DNA of 64,000 bases, from NCBI RefSeq assembly GCF_001194135.2, contig NC_068982.1, positions 175,083,733 through 175,147,732 of the forward strand. Direction: 5' to 3'. Below the pieces are notes generated by a model that saw nothing but the letters and a program-made list of their open reading frames with translations, searched no databases and had not been told where the DNA came from. How positions within the stretch are numbered: position 1 is the first letter of the stretch; the number at the start of each line of letters is the position of its first letter. Of the stretch, positions 38,554-50,210 are shown piece after piece. Source of the stretch: Octopus bimaculoides. Lineage: Eukaryota. The translations under genes and the position numbers were made by a program.

Positions 38554-39627
38554 GAGACAGACACACACATATATATACAAAAACATATGCGTGTGTGAGT
38601 GTGATATTATTTTAGCACCACAGAAATGTTTATGATGTTTTATAGCAACGCCCATGGCCAATCAGTACATATTTCAAATATTACACAGGTCAAGAAATAT
38701 AGCTGCCTTATATTTATACTTAATGTCTCCTAAAAGCAGTCGGTTGGGTCGATGTCTTCTAATAACAATAAAAAACAAATTGGTGACATGTTACAATCTT
38801 TGTTTTAAATTCCGTACTATTTAGCTATTTTTAATGCGTAAAATATTGGGTTTTCTTATGGTTTGTCACGCCCATTTCATAGATATTTTCAGTGTAAGTG
38901 AGGCGAGGTTTCTTTTCTTTCAGTTGAATTATAGAAACCGCATGAGAATTCAGTGTTTGTACCGAGCAACCAGTCATAGTTGCTGACTGTTAGCTCTCAA
39001 AGACTCTAGCTCGAAATAGGTACTGCAGACTGGTTTAATACGTCGTCAAGCCATGAGGAAACCTTTAAGGGTTACAAACTGTTATGCTAGCAGCCTAGAT
39101 TCCTCTCACCTAATTTCTAATTTTTATTTTGAGTCTTTAACCTGCAAATACCATATTCGGATTGGACAATTATGCTCAATCTCGCTGGTGTGAGAGGATT
39201 TGAAAAGATAAAGGACAAGTCCTTCTTTTAATAAATATTTAAAAAAATACATAGCAACTTCCATCAGCAATTTCTATATACTTTTACATTCCCCAGCAAG
39301 GGCCACAGCCTCAGGGCTGAAACATATAAAAGAATATAATTAACTGCTTATTAACTAAAATAGCATTTTTTTATTAGGCTCTGATCTTTACATTTTTTAA
39401 GGGCATTAAAATAGTAAACAGAGTAAGATAGTTAGTTTTCAATTGAAAAATGACTCTTCCTACGACCACAAATTTTGGGGAATAAGAGTTGATCAAATCG
39501 ATTATATACTTATCTTCACATTCTTTACAGGACGAAAGGTGAAAAAGTGGGGATGCAAAGGACGTAATCAACACCGGTGGTTGACTGCGCTTGTTAAACA
39601 TCGTCCTCTCATTTAGTAATGGTAATA

Positions 39628-39825
39628 ATCACTTCTAACATAAACGCAATCCCACACACGTAAAGGAGAGTTTTGACTGGTACTTATTTTATCGACCTCG
39701 GAAGGGTAAAGCGTCAAATTAATTCGAGTTGGATTTGAACTCAGAATGTAAAGTAAAAGGAGATAAGTTAGTACCACAAAATTTTGCGTCCGCCTTTCAA
39801 CCTATTCTGCCAACCTACGACTCCC
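39628..39825 (-). mobile_element. Family C SINE (degenerate)
   Basis: ACTGGTACTTATTTTATCGACCTCGGAAGGGTAAAG...GATTTGAACTCAGAATGTAAAG. Confidence 0.7.
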
Positions 39826-40074
39826 ATTTATTATAAAATTTATTTTTTCTCCCGTCACAAAATTTTTGATCAGGGTAAAGGTACATAGATATAATTTACC
39901 TCAGTTCATACAAGGTACTTAATTTGTTGCCCCCATTCCGTCCGGATGAGATGAAAAGTAAAGTTGGTGAAAAAGATGACGCTGGTTACAATGAACCTAG
40001 AATACGAATTACATATCCAAGTCGGCTCTCTGTCTGCGCTCTCAATACAGTTATGATCCCCAGGAAACAATAAC

Positions 40075-40270
40075 TGTTGTTGTTGTTTAGCTCCATATTC
40101 TGATCGGGCAAAACTTTTGTACAATGCATTCCAACTCTGACCATCCTATCTTATTCACACGCACACCATACCTAGAATTCTTTTTAAAAAGATGTAAGGT
40201 GTGATTTGAGGAAGATTAGGTTGCTATTTTTAGCAAGTCAGGTCACTGCGTACAAACGTCCTTGGTTGTT
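40075..40270. repeat. Family D repeat immediately downstream of the zinc-finger stop codon
   Basis: GTTGTTGTTTAGC...CTGATCGGGCA...CATTCCA.C.TGACCATCC...GAGGAAGATTAGGTTGCTATTTTTAGCA, similar to 25715-25895. Confidence 0.55.
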
Positions 40271-40286
40271 TGTCTGAGTGGCGAGA

Positions 40287-40462
40287 TCAGGTATGTGTCT
40301 TCATGTGTTTGCTGAGGTGGTCTTTGCGTGTGAAAGCCTTGCGACAAACACTGCAGCTGTGGGGTCGCTCCCCAGTGTGGATACGACGATGTCGAGTTAA
40401 CTCCTCATTTCTTATGAAAGCCCTTCCACATTCCGGTTCTTTACACACAAACGGTCTCTCAC
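40287..40462 (-). CDS. hkb: Terminal coding exon of a Huckebein-like C2H2 zinc-finger transcription factor (fingers 2 and 3)
   Basis: Acceptor TTCTGTATCGTTTGTTTAG|GT GAG AGA (phase-1 intron) and translation (G)[57 protein letters not shown]. This has two intact C2H2 fingers and a TGERP linker. RNEELTRH plus R.DHL.KHMKTH matches Drosophila Huckebein as I recall it, whereas KLF/EGR have RSDELTRH and Sp has RSDELQRH. Confidence 0.8.
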
Positions 40463-40660
40463 CTAAACAAACGATACAGAACAAACAGAGATAAGCAAGT
40501 AAGTAAACAGGAACAATATCAACGAACAAAACATAACATCAACAACAATTAATGACATATTACCCTAGTACATCGTAACAGATTAGTAAGGGTGGGGTAT
40601 ACATGCTTATGACATATGCAAACAATAGAAAAGCAAAATAAATAAATAAATAAATAAAAT

Positions 40661-40812
40661 ACGCTGGCTGTGTGGTAAGAAGCTTGCTTCCCTACCACAT
40701 TGTTCTGGGTTCAGTCCCACTGCTTGGCACCTTGGGCAAGTGTCTTTTACTATAGCCTCGGGCCGACCGAAGCCTTCTGAGTGGATTTGTTAGTGGGAAA
40801 CTGAAAGAAGCA
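40661..40812 (+). mobile_element. Family A SINE 5' half, truncated at a PLE junction
   Basis: GGCTGTGTGGTAAGAAGCTTGC...GGGTTCAGTCCCAC..GGCACCTTGGGCAAGTGTC...GGAAACTGAAAGAAGC stops where the PLE sequence begins. Confidence 0.88.
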
Positions 40813-41812
40813 CTCTTAATTTCATCGTCTATAAGCGAGGGTAGATATTGTCTTTCAGTTAGTGTTATTCTGAGGTCTTGAAGACGAAGGTCCCGAATAT
40901 TTCTATTAGACACTATTGTGCAAATCCTTTTTGCTAAACTAGAGGGGATATTTCTTTTAGTGTGTTTCGCGTGGCATAAGCTAAATAGGAGATATTACTT
41001 CGAGTCCGTAGGTTTATGATAAATATTAGTTATAATTTGGTTGTTGACCTTTTTCATCATAACATCCAAGAAAGGGTGCTGTTCTTTGCTATATTCCATT
41101 GTGAATTGAATGTTAGGGTTTATATTATTTAGTATTGATTTGAACTCCAACAGTTTATCAATGATCTCCTTCCAAATGATAAAGCAGTCGTCAAGGTATC
41201 TTTGTCAGTTCTCTCTCATATAATGGTGAAATGGATATCCATATTTTTGCAGTAACGTTTCATATATGGAGTATTTAAAATAACCCGTTATTAGGTTCGC
41301 CAGAACAGGGGCTGCTTTCGTTCCTATCGCAATTCCACATTTTTGACGATAGTAGGTGTCATCAAATAGGAAATAATTTTTCTAAGGTATAAATTTTAAA
41401 GGTTCAGTTATAAAGACCTGGTTTATGCATTCCGGCAGTACTTCAGGGTACTTTTCCAGCCAGAATTTTATTGCTTCTATCCCATAGTCATGTGGATGTT
41501 GGCGTAAAGATTAATAACATCGAAGGAAACTAATAATGTCTCTTCATTAGTTGTTTTTGGTAGGTTCTCTAGCATGTCTAGAAAATTGCTTAGGCGGTGG
41601 GTTTCACAGGCTAAGCCAGCTATAATGGGCCTTAACTTTAAGTCTTCTGGTGCTTGGATATTTATGTATTTGCCTGGTGATTGTTTGCAGGCTTCATTAA
41701 CTAACTATCTTGCTCTAGGTTTACATTTAAAGTTCATGATATGATCTATTTCTTTTTATATCAGGCCTTTTCCATGTAGAAGTATTAAAGATTCAAGATT
41801 TTTCATTGTTTT
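40813..41812 (-). mobile_element. Penelope-like element reverse-transcriptase remnant
   Basis: Translation across breaks gives LRPIIAGLACETHRLSNFLD, LVSFDVINLY.NIPHDYG, GIAIGTKAAPVLANL.MGY, RYLDDCFIIW, IQFTMEYS...PFLDV, IYHKPTDSK.YL and HTKRNIPSSLAKRICTIVS, which are characteristic PLE RT and thumb motifs. Confidence 0.9.
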
Positions 41813-41888
41813 ATATATATATATATATATATNNNNNNNNNNNNNNNNNNNNNNNNNNNNNNNNNNNNNNNNNNNNNNNNNNNNNNNA

Positions 41889-42123
41889 ATACAAATGATA
41901 TATGAGCATATGCATGTGTACATACATATATGTACATACCTACATCTACATGTATATATAGATGCATATCCGGGTACAGGACGTTAGAAAAGGAACGGGA
42001 ACATAAAGCACAAAAATTGACTTTTCTTTTACAGACAACAGAATGAACACACAGGAAATCAGACGAGCCACTTATGGAACTTTTCCTTCATCAGCTGCCT
42101 CTATTCTAAACTAGGCGTTTCGA
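41889..42123 (-). mobile_element. Family E repeat (probable PLE-type tail)
   Basis: Minus strand CGAAACGCCTAGT...CTGATGAAGGAAAAG...GTACCCGGATATGCATC...CTCATATATCATTTGTATT. Homologous to 3003-3150 and 1320-1400. Confidence 0.6.
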
Positions 42124-42299
42124 TATATATAAATACACACACACACACACATTCTGAGTGAGAAAACTTTTTCCCTGTTGGTGACACTTGAAATATATGT
42201 CCGAAACACATACGTACACACCAATAATACACGTCAACATAATTTCCGTTTCATATTTTCTAAGCAACGTCATAATGACAGTGGTATGTTGTCGTGGGA

Positions 42300-42680
42300 G
42301 CTAATAAGCGGTTACTCGAGTGACTAGAAAAGAACATCTAGATCTTTCTGAATTCACCTTATGTATTCTTTAAAGTTAAAGATACATTAAATAATGTTTT
42401 ATAATAGACAGCGAGTAAATTAAGATGGTATATCTTTAAACATGGGCCTGCCCGTTACTGACTAACTTAGGGCTAAACAACATTAAGAAGTGAATTATGA
42501 TGGTTATTGTTTTTTAGTTGGAGATTATTTCTGATCGAGTAAGCCTTTAATCAAAAGCTATTCTGTTTGTTTTCGAAACATGACGTCTTTTCCTTCTTAA
42601 AAGAGCATGATAAGAGTTGAGTTACATTTGGCTACTATTTCTAGCGGATCAAGCGACCAGATAGAGACTCCTTTGTTTGG
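42300..42680. repeat. Two degenerate family D copies in opposite orientation
   Basis: 42300-42482 reads as a reverse-complement copy (GACTAGAAAAGAACATCTAGATCT...GGGCTAAACAAC). 42505-42680 is a forward copy (GGCTACTATTTCTAGCGGATCAAGCGACC). Confidence 0.45.
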
Positions 42681-43505
42681 ATCGACTTCATAACAAACAG
42701 TCTCGCTCGTCTTTTAATTTATGTACCAGGCATGTAAATACCAAAGATTCACTTTACAGTTATGAAACTCTCACCTGATATATGAATGAACAATATTGCC
42801 AACTCATTCCTTCCTATGTTTCTGATAACCTGATTATGTTGGATTAGGATGATGAACCCTATTATAGACAATGCTCAGTGCACTCGTGTCATCGGTAGCA
42901 TACAAAGGGATGAGATAGCTTCATATTACTCATTCACTGGTTATATGATATCAGAGGGGAAATCAATGGTAGGTATTTTCGATTCTGATATCTCGCTTAA
43001 ACGACCATTTAAGTAGTTTTTTTTCTTTAGCCTTCTTTTTTTTTCATAGTTTCATCCTGTCCTTACTAATTATCAAAAAATATTTTGCGTATCGAAACAC
43101 CCCCCCCCCCACACACATACACCCCCACACGCAAACACGTACACAAGTATACCTACATAAAAATATATAGACACATACATACATACTCAGTAAAAGACTG
43201 TCTTAGTATAAATATAGAGAATCACCTTCCCTGTTACTGAGAATATACATAAAAAACAATTCAAGGAATATTGGCGGAACATTCCCATCAAAACTTCTAC
43301 CAAATGCAAACGTAACAGACCGGGTATTTTTGTTTGAGAGAGAAAGAAAAAGTATGTATGTACGTACATACATGTATACATGCATCTATGTATGTATGCA
43401 TTTATGTAAGTGTGCTTGTGTACGCAAGTGATTAGTGTTTATCTTAAATTGTCAAATACCCATTGAATTGAACTGTAATAGCCAGTGAAATTCACTTTAG
43501 AATAG

Positions 43506-43678
43506 CATTTTCTACTATGGGAACAAGGCCTGAAAATTTGGGGGTAGGGGTAGTCGATAACATCAACCTCGAAAAGAATGAAAGACAAAGTTACACTTCG
43601 GCAAAATGAGAACTCAGAACATAAAGACAGACGAAATGCCGCTAAACATTTTGTCCAGTATGCTAACGGTTCTGCCCG
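43506..43678 (-). mobile_element. Family C SINE (internal deletion)
   Basis: TTCTACTATGGGAACAAGGCCTGAAAATTT...GAACTCAGAACATAAAGACAGACGAAATGCCGCTAAACATTTTG. Confidence 0.8.
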
Positions 43679-43884
43679 TTTAACATCTTAATTCAATTCA
43701 ACCTAATGCTATACATATCATGTTTATATGCGCACATTTTCATTTCCGAAAGAAAAAAAGTGAAATATAGTATAGCGCTGCAGAAACATAAATATTCAAT
43801 TCCAATTCAATTGTAATGGAGAAAGTAGTTGATAAGTTATCGCCCAAGAGGAATAATGACTGATATGCATTTTAAGGAAATGGG

Positions 43885-44088
43885 ATAGATACAAAGCCTG
43901 AAAGTGCAGGGAAGGAGGGTAGTCGATTACATCAACCCCGGTCCTCGACTGGTACTTATTTTATCGAACTTAAAAGTATAAAAGGCAAAGTGGGCTTCGG
44001 CGGAATTTGAACTCAAAACGTGAAGGCTTATGAAACGCTGCTAAACATTTTGCCCGGCGTGCTAACAACTCTGCCAGCTCGCCGCCTT
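43885..44088 (-). mobile_element. Family C SINE
   Basis: GTCGATTACATCAACCCC...CTGGTACTTATTTTATCGA...CTGCCAGCTCGCCGCCTT. Confidence 0.85.
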
Positions 44089-44106
44089 TAGGTTCATATT
44101 AATAAT

Positions 44107-44324
44107 CCTTTTCTACTAAAGGCACAAGGCTTGAAATTTGCAGGAAGGGGACTAGTCGATTACATCGACCCCAGTGTTTCACTACTGCTTAATTTATTGA
44201 TTCCGAAAGGATGAAAGGCAAAGTTGATCACGACGAAATTTGAACTCAGAACGTAAAGACGGACGAAATGCCTCTAAAACTTTCGCCCAACTGTTAACGA
44301 TTCTGCCAGCTCGCCACCCACAGT
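44107..44324 (-). mobile_element. Family C SINE with a 14-bp TSD
   Basis: Full body. TTCATATTAATAAT occurs at 44093-44106 and 44325-44338. Confidence 0.88.
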
Positions 44325-46159
44325 TTCATATTAATAATACATTTCGTTCTAATCGCTTCGTGTCAAAATGGAATGCTCAGTCAATCATTCTACATTTTGC
44401 GCAGCATTATTTCACATCTATTATTCATGATTCATCTCAATTGAATATTAGCCAAATCTCATTGCGATGCATTCTGGAGAATTTAAATTCATGTCACATA
44501 TATTCTTAAACTCGTAAAATCACTAAATGAAGACGAAGAGGATTTTCATCGTCAATCTCATTTCTGCGCGGAAATGTTGGTGTTCTTTTATAATGAACCT
44601 CGTCTTATTGATAATAGAATTTGAGCTATTAGTCATAACATTTGGTATACGATGCGACAATTCATCGACACAACTGTATGTTTTATGCTGCAGATAACAT
44701 GCATGAAACTATAGCCAAAAGTTTGGTTAATAATGGAGTATGTCCGGACTAAGTTACAGTTCCAGTGTTACTGGGGCTTTCTTTCTTTCTTTCTTTCAAT
44801 GACATAAACAACGAAGCGAAGGAGCTGCCCATTCTCCCAAAGATAGAGGATAGTTTGAACCGCCTCACCTCGCGCCTCCCAATTACACGCTTGAATTTCC
44901 ACACCCAACTTCGTTTCTTATCCTAAATGTAGGCTAATTAAACCCTCTAAGAGCGAGATAGGCATTGTATATAATCGTATTCTCGATGCATCAGCTCCTG
45001 GTTTACAGAGTTTATCTTATACGATTTCAGCCCTGTTGTAATCAATTGGTTTTGCAGTTTCAAGACTAACACACCCAACAGGTTTACCCAATTCAATGGC
45101 GTAGATTTCTACTCGTCTGTCTTGAAATCTGTCCTCCTGAAGGCCCAAGACTTTGGTAGACAATTCATCAGAATTCGATCCAAAAATCATTATGAATGTT
45201 TGGAAGTGACTCCTATTTTACAATAACTCCTATTGAGTAAAAAAAAAGGAAGATGACGTATCCACGAGGTCGTACGTCAGGGTTGAGGCACTGACCTGGT
45301 TGGATTATTTATCGTGGACACTCTAAAGAAACATACACACATCATAGGCAGACCTTGTACAAGGACGATTGTCTGTCTGGCAATCTCTAAGCATGCGAAC
45401 GGCCATGCTATTGATAAGATGAGGGGGAATCTTATAAACACCTTAAAAAAATTCTATCTCACTGTAATTGTTTCCACCAACTTAACTTCTTGGGCGTAAC
45501 CTTTAAACACAAGGTATGCAAATACTATACCTACAGAAAACATAATCAGGAAACTGTCATTTCCCCAAAAAACTTCAACCTCTGTAAATAGAAAGCTAGT
45601 CTTCAAGAAGACTTCACTCTACTGTAACGCGGCACTAGCGAGGAACGAGTGGCTTTACTGATAAATTTGTGTATAGGGAAGATTTCTACCACATCCTTAA
45701 ATCTAAAGATAATTAAGGAAAGACAATTTGTTTTAACCCTCCAATTTAGATGTTTCCACCAATGTAAGTGATGAAATTCTACTAACAGCTGACCAGAATC
45801 CGGCCTCTAAAAAACTGTAGTCTTTAGAACCATCCGCACACCATCCAATGGCATTGCAAAACGCTACACTGGCATACAGCCAATGTATTTAAGAGAAGAT
45901 ACATACAACACATACATTCATTCAGGTGTAGGGACAATGAAAACTTTACCTCCCTGTCCCATTTCATCTGGAGACTCCGGGACTATCGAAACAGCTTTCC
46001 AACATCGAATGGTATATCATTGAGAGGGATATACCATTGGTATATCCTTAATCACCGGGTACTCGTAATCGCTAACACTGCCTTCTTTTAAAAACTGTAC
46101 TTATTTCATTAGCCCAAAGTATCCATCAATAGGAAAACTGACTTATCTTATTGTTGCCA

Positions 46160-46374
46160 TCTTTATTTGTTTCGGTTGCCAGCGGCCGTACTGGGGCACC
46201 GCCTTGAAGAAGTTTTTAGTTGAATGAATCGCCCTCAGTACTAATTTTTTCTTTAAGCCCGATGCTTATTCTATCGGTTACTTTGCCGAACCGCTAAGTT
46301 ACGGGGGCATAATCACACCAACACCGGTTGTCAAGCGGTGACAGAAGTGGGCAACTGACATAAACTTGCTCTCG

Positions 46375-46414
<40 letters not shown>

Positions 46415-46550
46415 CGACAGGTTTCATTCAGTTTCCGTCTACCAAATCCACCCTTAAAGACTGGTCGGTCTGAGGTTATAATGGGAGACACTTGCCTCAG
46501 ATGCCATGAGGTTGGGAAGCAAGTTTCTTACTACACAGCCATTCCTGTGC
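46160..46550 (-). mobile_element. Family A SINE variant
   Basis: GGGGCACCGCCTTGAAG, CTTATTCTATCGG, TAAGTTACGGGG, CAGTTTCCGTCTACCAAATCCAC and CTTACTACACAGCCATTCCTGTGC. The internal microsatellite is (CT)n. Confidence 0.8.
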
Positions 46551-47370
46551 CTATGCATATAAATGTATGTATGCATATANNNNNNNNNNNNNNNNNNNNN
46601 NNNNNNNNNNNNNNNNNNNNNNNNNNNNNNNNNNNNNNNNNNNNNNNNNNNNNNNNNNNNNNNNNNNNNNNNNNNNNNNNNNNNNNNNNNNNNNNNNNNN
46701 NNNNNNNNNNNNNNNNNNNNNNNNNNNNNNNNNNNNNNNNNNNNNNNNNNNNNNNNNNNNNNNNNNNNNNNNNNNNNNNNNNNNNNNNNNNNNNNNNNNN
46801 NNNNNNNNNNNNNNNNNNNNNNNNNNNNNNNNNNNNNNNNNNNNNNNNNNNNNNNNNNNNNNNNNNNNNNNNNNNNNNNNNNNNNNNNNNNNNNNNNNNN
46901 NNNNNNNNNNNNNNNNNNNNNNNNNNNNNNNNNNNNNNNNNNNNNNNNNNNNNNNNNNNNNNNNNNNNNNNNNNNNNNNNNNNNNNNNNNNNNNNNNNNN
47001 NNNNNNNNNNNNNNNNNNNNNNNNNNNNNNNNNNNNNNNNNNNNNNNNNNNNNNNNNNNNNNNNNNNNNNNNNNNNNNNNNNNNNNNNNNNNNNNNNNNN
47101 NNNNNNNNNNNNNNNNNNNNNNNNNNNNNNNNNNNNNNNNNNNNNNNNNNNNNNNNNNNNNNNNNNNNNNNNNNNNNNNNNNNNNNNNNNNNNNNNNNNN
47201 NNNNNNNNNNNNNNNNNNNNNNNNNNNNNNNNNNNNNNNNNNNNNNNNNNNNNNNNNNNNNNNNNNNNNNNNNNNNNNNNNNNNNNNNNNNNNNNNNNNN
47301 NNNNNNNNNNNNNNTTGTGTGTATGTGTATGTTGTGTATATGTGCGTGCGTTTGCTATTGTATGTGCGTG

Positions 47371-47429
<59 letters not shown>

Positions 47430-49008
47430 ATATTTATTCAAGTGATATATATATACATACATACACGTGTATATGCGTGTGTGTAAGTATACATACATAT
47501 ATATGTACACATGTATACATACATATATACACACACACACATATATATATATGCATGTATGTATACATTCATACACATACATCTTGAAGAACACGCTCTC
47601 CCAGTTCATTTTCTATATACATTACATAGACGCGCGAGTACATACATAGAACGCGCGCGCGCACACACACACACACACATACACAATACATATATACATA
47701 TACCTAAGCATCATAAACATATATAAACATATACCCCCATATATATATTTGTGTGTATAAAAGCGTGCTTGGAGGTGTGTATATATTTTTATATCCATAT
47801 ATATGCACCCAGTACTGCATTTTTGCTCATGTGTACGTGAGCGCACTCATTTGTGCGTACACGCGACATATGTATATAAGGAATCACATATGGAGCAAAA
47901 TGCCGCGACATAAAGAGGTAAATGAATAAATAAATTGATTTTTGAAAAAAATAGGGCAAAAGACACAATTCATGAAGCACACGCCGAGTCATTCTCACTA
48001 CTCTTTCAGTTAGAGTAATTCATGTCGCTTTTCAGAAAAAGCTGATGATGAAATGCAGATAGTATTTGTGTATCACGCCCCTTCGATATTGATCTGGGTG
48101 TGATGTGACCCGATTTCAGTACATGACATTGCAGTAAAAAAAAAAAAAAGAAGAAAAAAGAAAAAAGAAAAAATACAACTACACACATACACACACACAC
48201 ACACACAAACACACGCATATGCACACATGCACTCTCAAACACACATACTCACACACATTTACTGCGCGCATATCTCAAAGAACTCGCATGCATAGACACC
48301 AGCAAGCGTATGTATGTACACATATATGAAAACATCTATAATTTCGTTTNNNNNNNNNNNNNNNNNNNNNNNNNNNNNNNNNNNNNNNNNNNNNNNNNNN
48401 NNNNNNNNNNNNNNNNNNNNNNNNNNNNNNNNNNNNNNNNNNNNNNNNNNNNNNNNNNNNNNNNNNNNNNNNNNNNNNNNNNNNNNNNNNNNNNNNNNNN
48501 NNNNNNNNNNNNNNNNNNNNNNNNNNNNNNNNNNNNNNNNNNNNNNNNNNNNNNNNNNNNNNNNNNNNNNNNNNNNNNNNNNNNNNNNNNNNNNNNNNNN
48601 NNNNNNNNNNNNNNNNNNNNNNNNNNNNNNNNNNNNNNNNNNNNNNNNNNNNNNNNNNNNNNNNNNNNNNNNNNNNNNNNNNNNNNNNNNNNNNNNNNNN
48701 NNNNNNNNNNNNNNNNNNNNNNNNNNNNNNNNNNNNNNNNNNNNNNNNNNNNNNNNNNNNNNNNNNNNNNNNNNNNNNNNNNNNNNNNNNNNNNNNNNNN
48801 NNNNNNNNNNNNNNNNNNNNNNNNNNNNNNNNNNNNNNNNNNNNNNNNNNNNNNNNNNNNNNNNNNNNNNNNNNNNNNNNNNNNNNNNNNNNNNNNNNNN
48901 NNNNNNNNNNNNNNNNNNNNNNNNNNNNNNNNNNNNNNNNNNNNNNNNNNNNNNNNNNNNNNNNNNNNNNNNATATATATGTGTGTGTATCTGTATGTAT
49001 ACAAATAT

Positions 49009-49053
<45 letters not shown>

Positions 49054-49536
49054 CACACACACAGATGCACAAGCTCACATATATGTATGTGTGAATATGT
49101 ACATCCATGTGTATATTAGCCTATCCATCCATCCATCCATCCATCCATCCATCCATCTACCTGTCAGCCTGTCTATCTCTCTCTTTCTATATATGTATAT
49201 GTATATTTATGTTTAGATGTGTATACGTGCGTGCATGTGTTTGTGTGTGGAAGGAGACAGGTATAGGTATAAGGAAAGGAGTTAAAAATGCAAAACCTGA
49301 CAATTTTTTTTTTTTAGTTCGAACTGCATCTGACTGGTTAGGTTTTCCTAACATTGGTTTCTTTCTCTCGACGTGGAAAGGCATCATATTTTAGAGAATA
49401 TGAAAAGAAGGGAAGACAGGACGAGGTTATAGCATCCATTCATTTCTAAGTGAACGAATACGACAACTTTCAATTAAGAATTATAAATCTCGTCGGATCA
49501 AAAGCTTACCATTATGCTTTTGACGATTTTTCATAT

Positions 49537-49764
49537 TCTTTTTTACTCTAGGCACAAGGTCCGAAATTTTCGGGGTGGGGGGTGGGGAGTGGGCCAGTCA
49601 ATTAGATGGACCCCAATACGCAACTCATACTTAATTTATCGACCCCCGAAAGGATGAAAGACAAAGTCGACCTCGGCGGAATTTGAACTCAGAACGTAAA
49701 GACAGACGAAATACCGCTAAGCATTTCGCCCGGCGCGCTAACGATTTCGCCAGCTCGCCGCCTT
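49537..49764 (-). mobile_element. Family C SINE, close to consensus
   Basis: ATCGACCCCCGAAAGGATGAAAGACAAAGTCGACCTCGGCGGAATTTGAACTCAGAACG. TTTTCATATT lies on both flanks. Confidence 0.9.
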
Positions 49765-50117
49765 CGTCAAGTTTTCATATTAGTCAGAAAATCCGAAGCA
49801 ATTATGCGCTCCACAATTGGCATTAGTAGTCTAAACGGAATAGAATCGTTATCGACTTGTAATCAAAATTGCTTAGGTGATTCGATTTGCCTAGAGCTTG
49901 GTTTTTGCTCTAAGTCTCTCGCCAAATTTAATTACTATTGACTTCTCTCTCTCTCTGACTTTTTTTGTGTTTCATTTTAAATACGGACAAGACTATGCAT
50001 TTACTGAAAGGGAAACGAGATAATGTAGTCTTCATGTCTTCTCTTTCAAACATTTACAGTATTAGGAAAATTAAATGTATTTCAATTGGAAGTTGAAAGT
50101 ACGTTGTGAGTTTCTTT

Positions 50118-50210
50118 TTACCCAGAGCTTACCTTAACTTACACACTGAATAGGTTTGTTACCCAGAGCTTACCTTAACTTACACACTGAATAGGTTTGT
50201 TACCCAGAGC
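50118..50210 (+). repeat. 41-bp tandem duplication (2.2 copies)
   Basis: CCCAGAGCTTACCTTAACTTACACACTGAATAGGTTTGTTA at 50121-50161 and 50162-50202, plus a partial third copy. Confidence 0.95.

Noticed and set aside
50118-50210. 41-bp direct repeat as a CRISPR-like array
   Set aside because: Only 2.2 abutting copies with no spacers, in a eukaryotic context; a simple tandem duplication.
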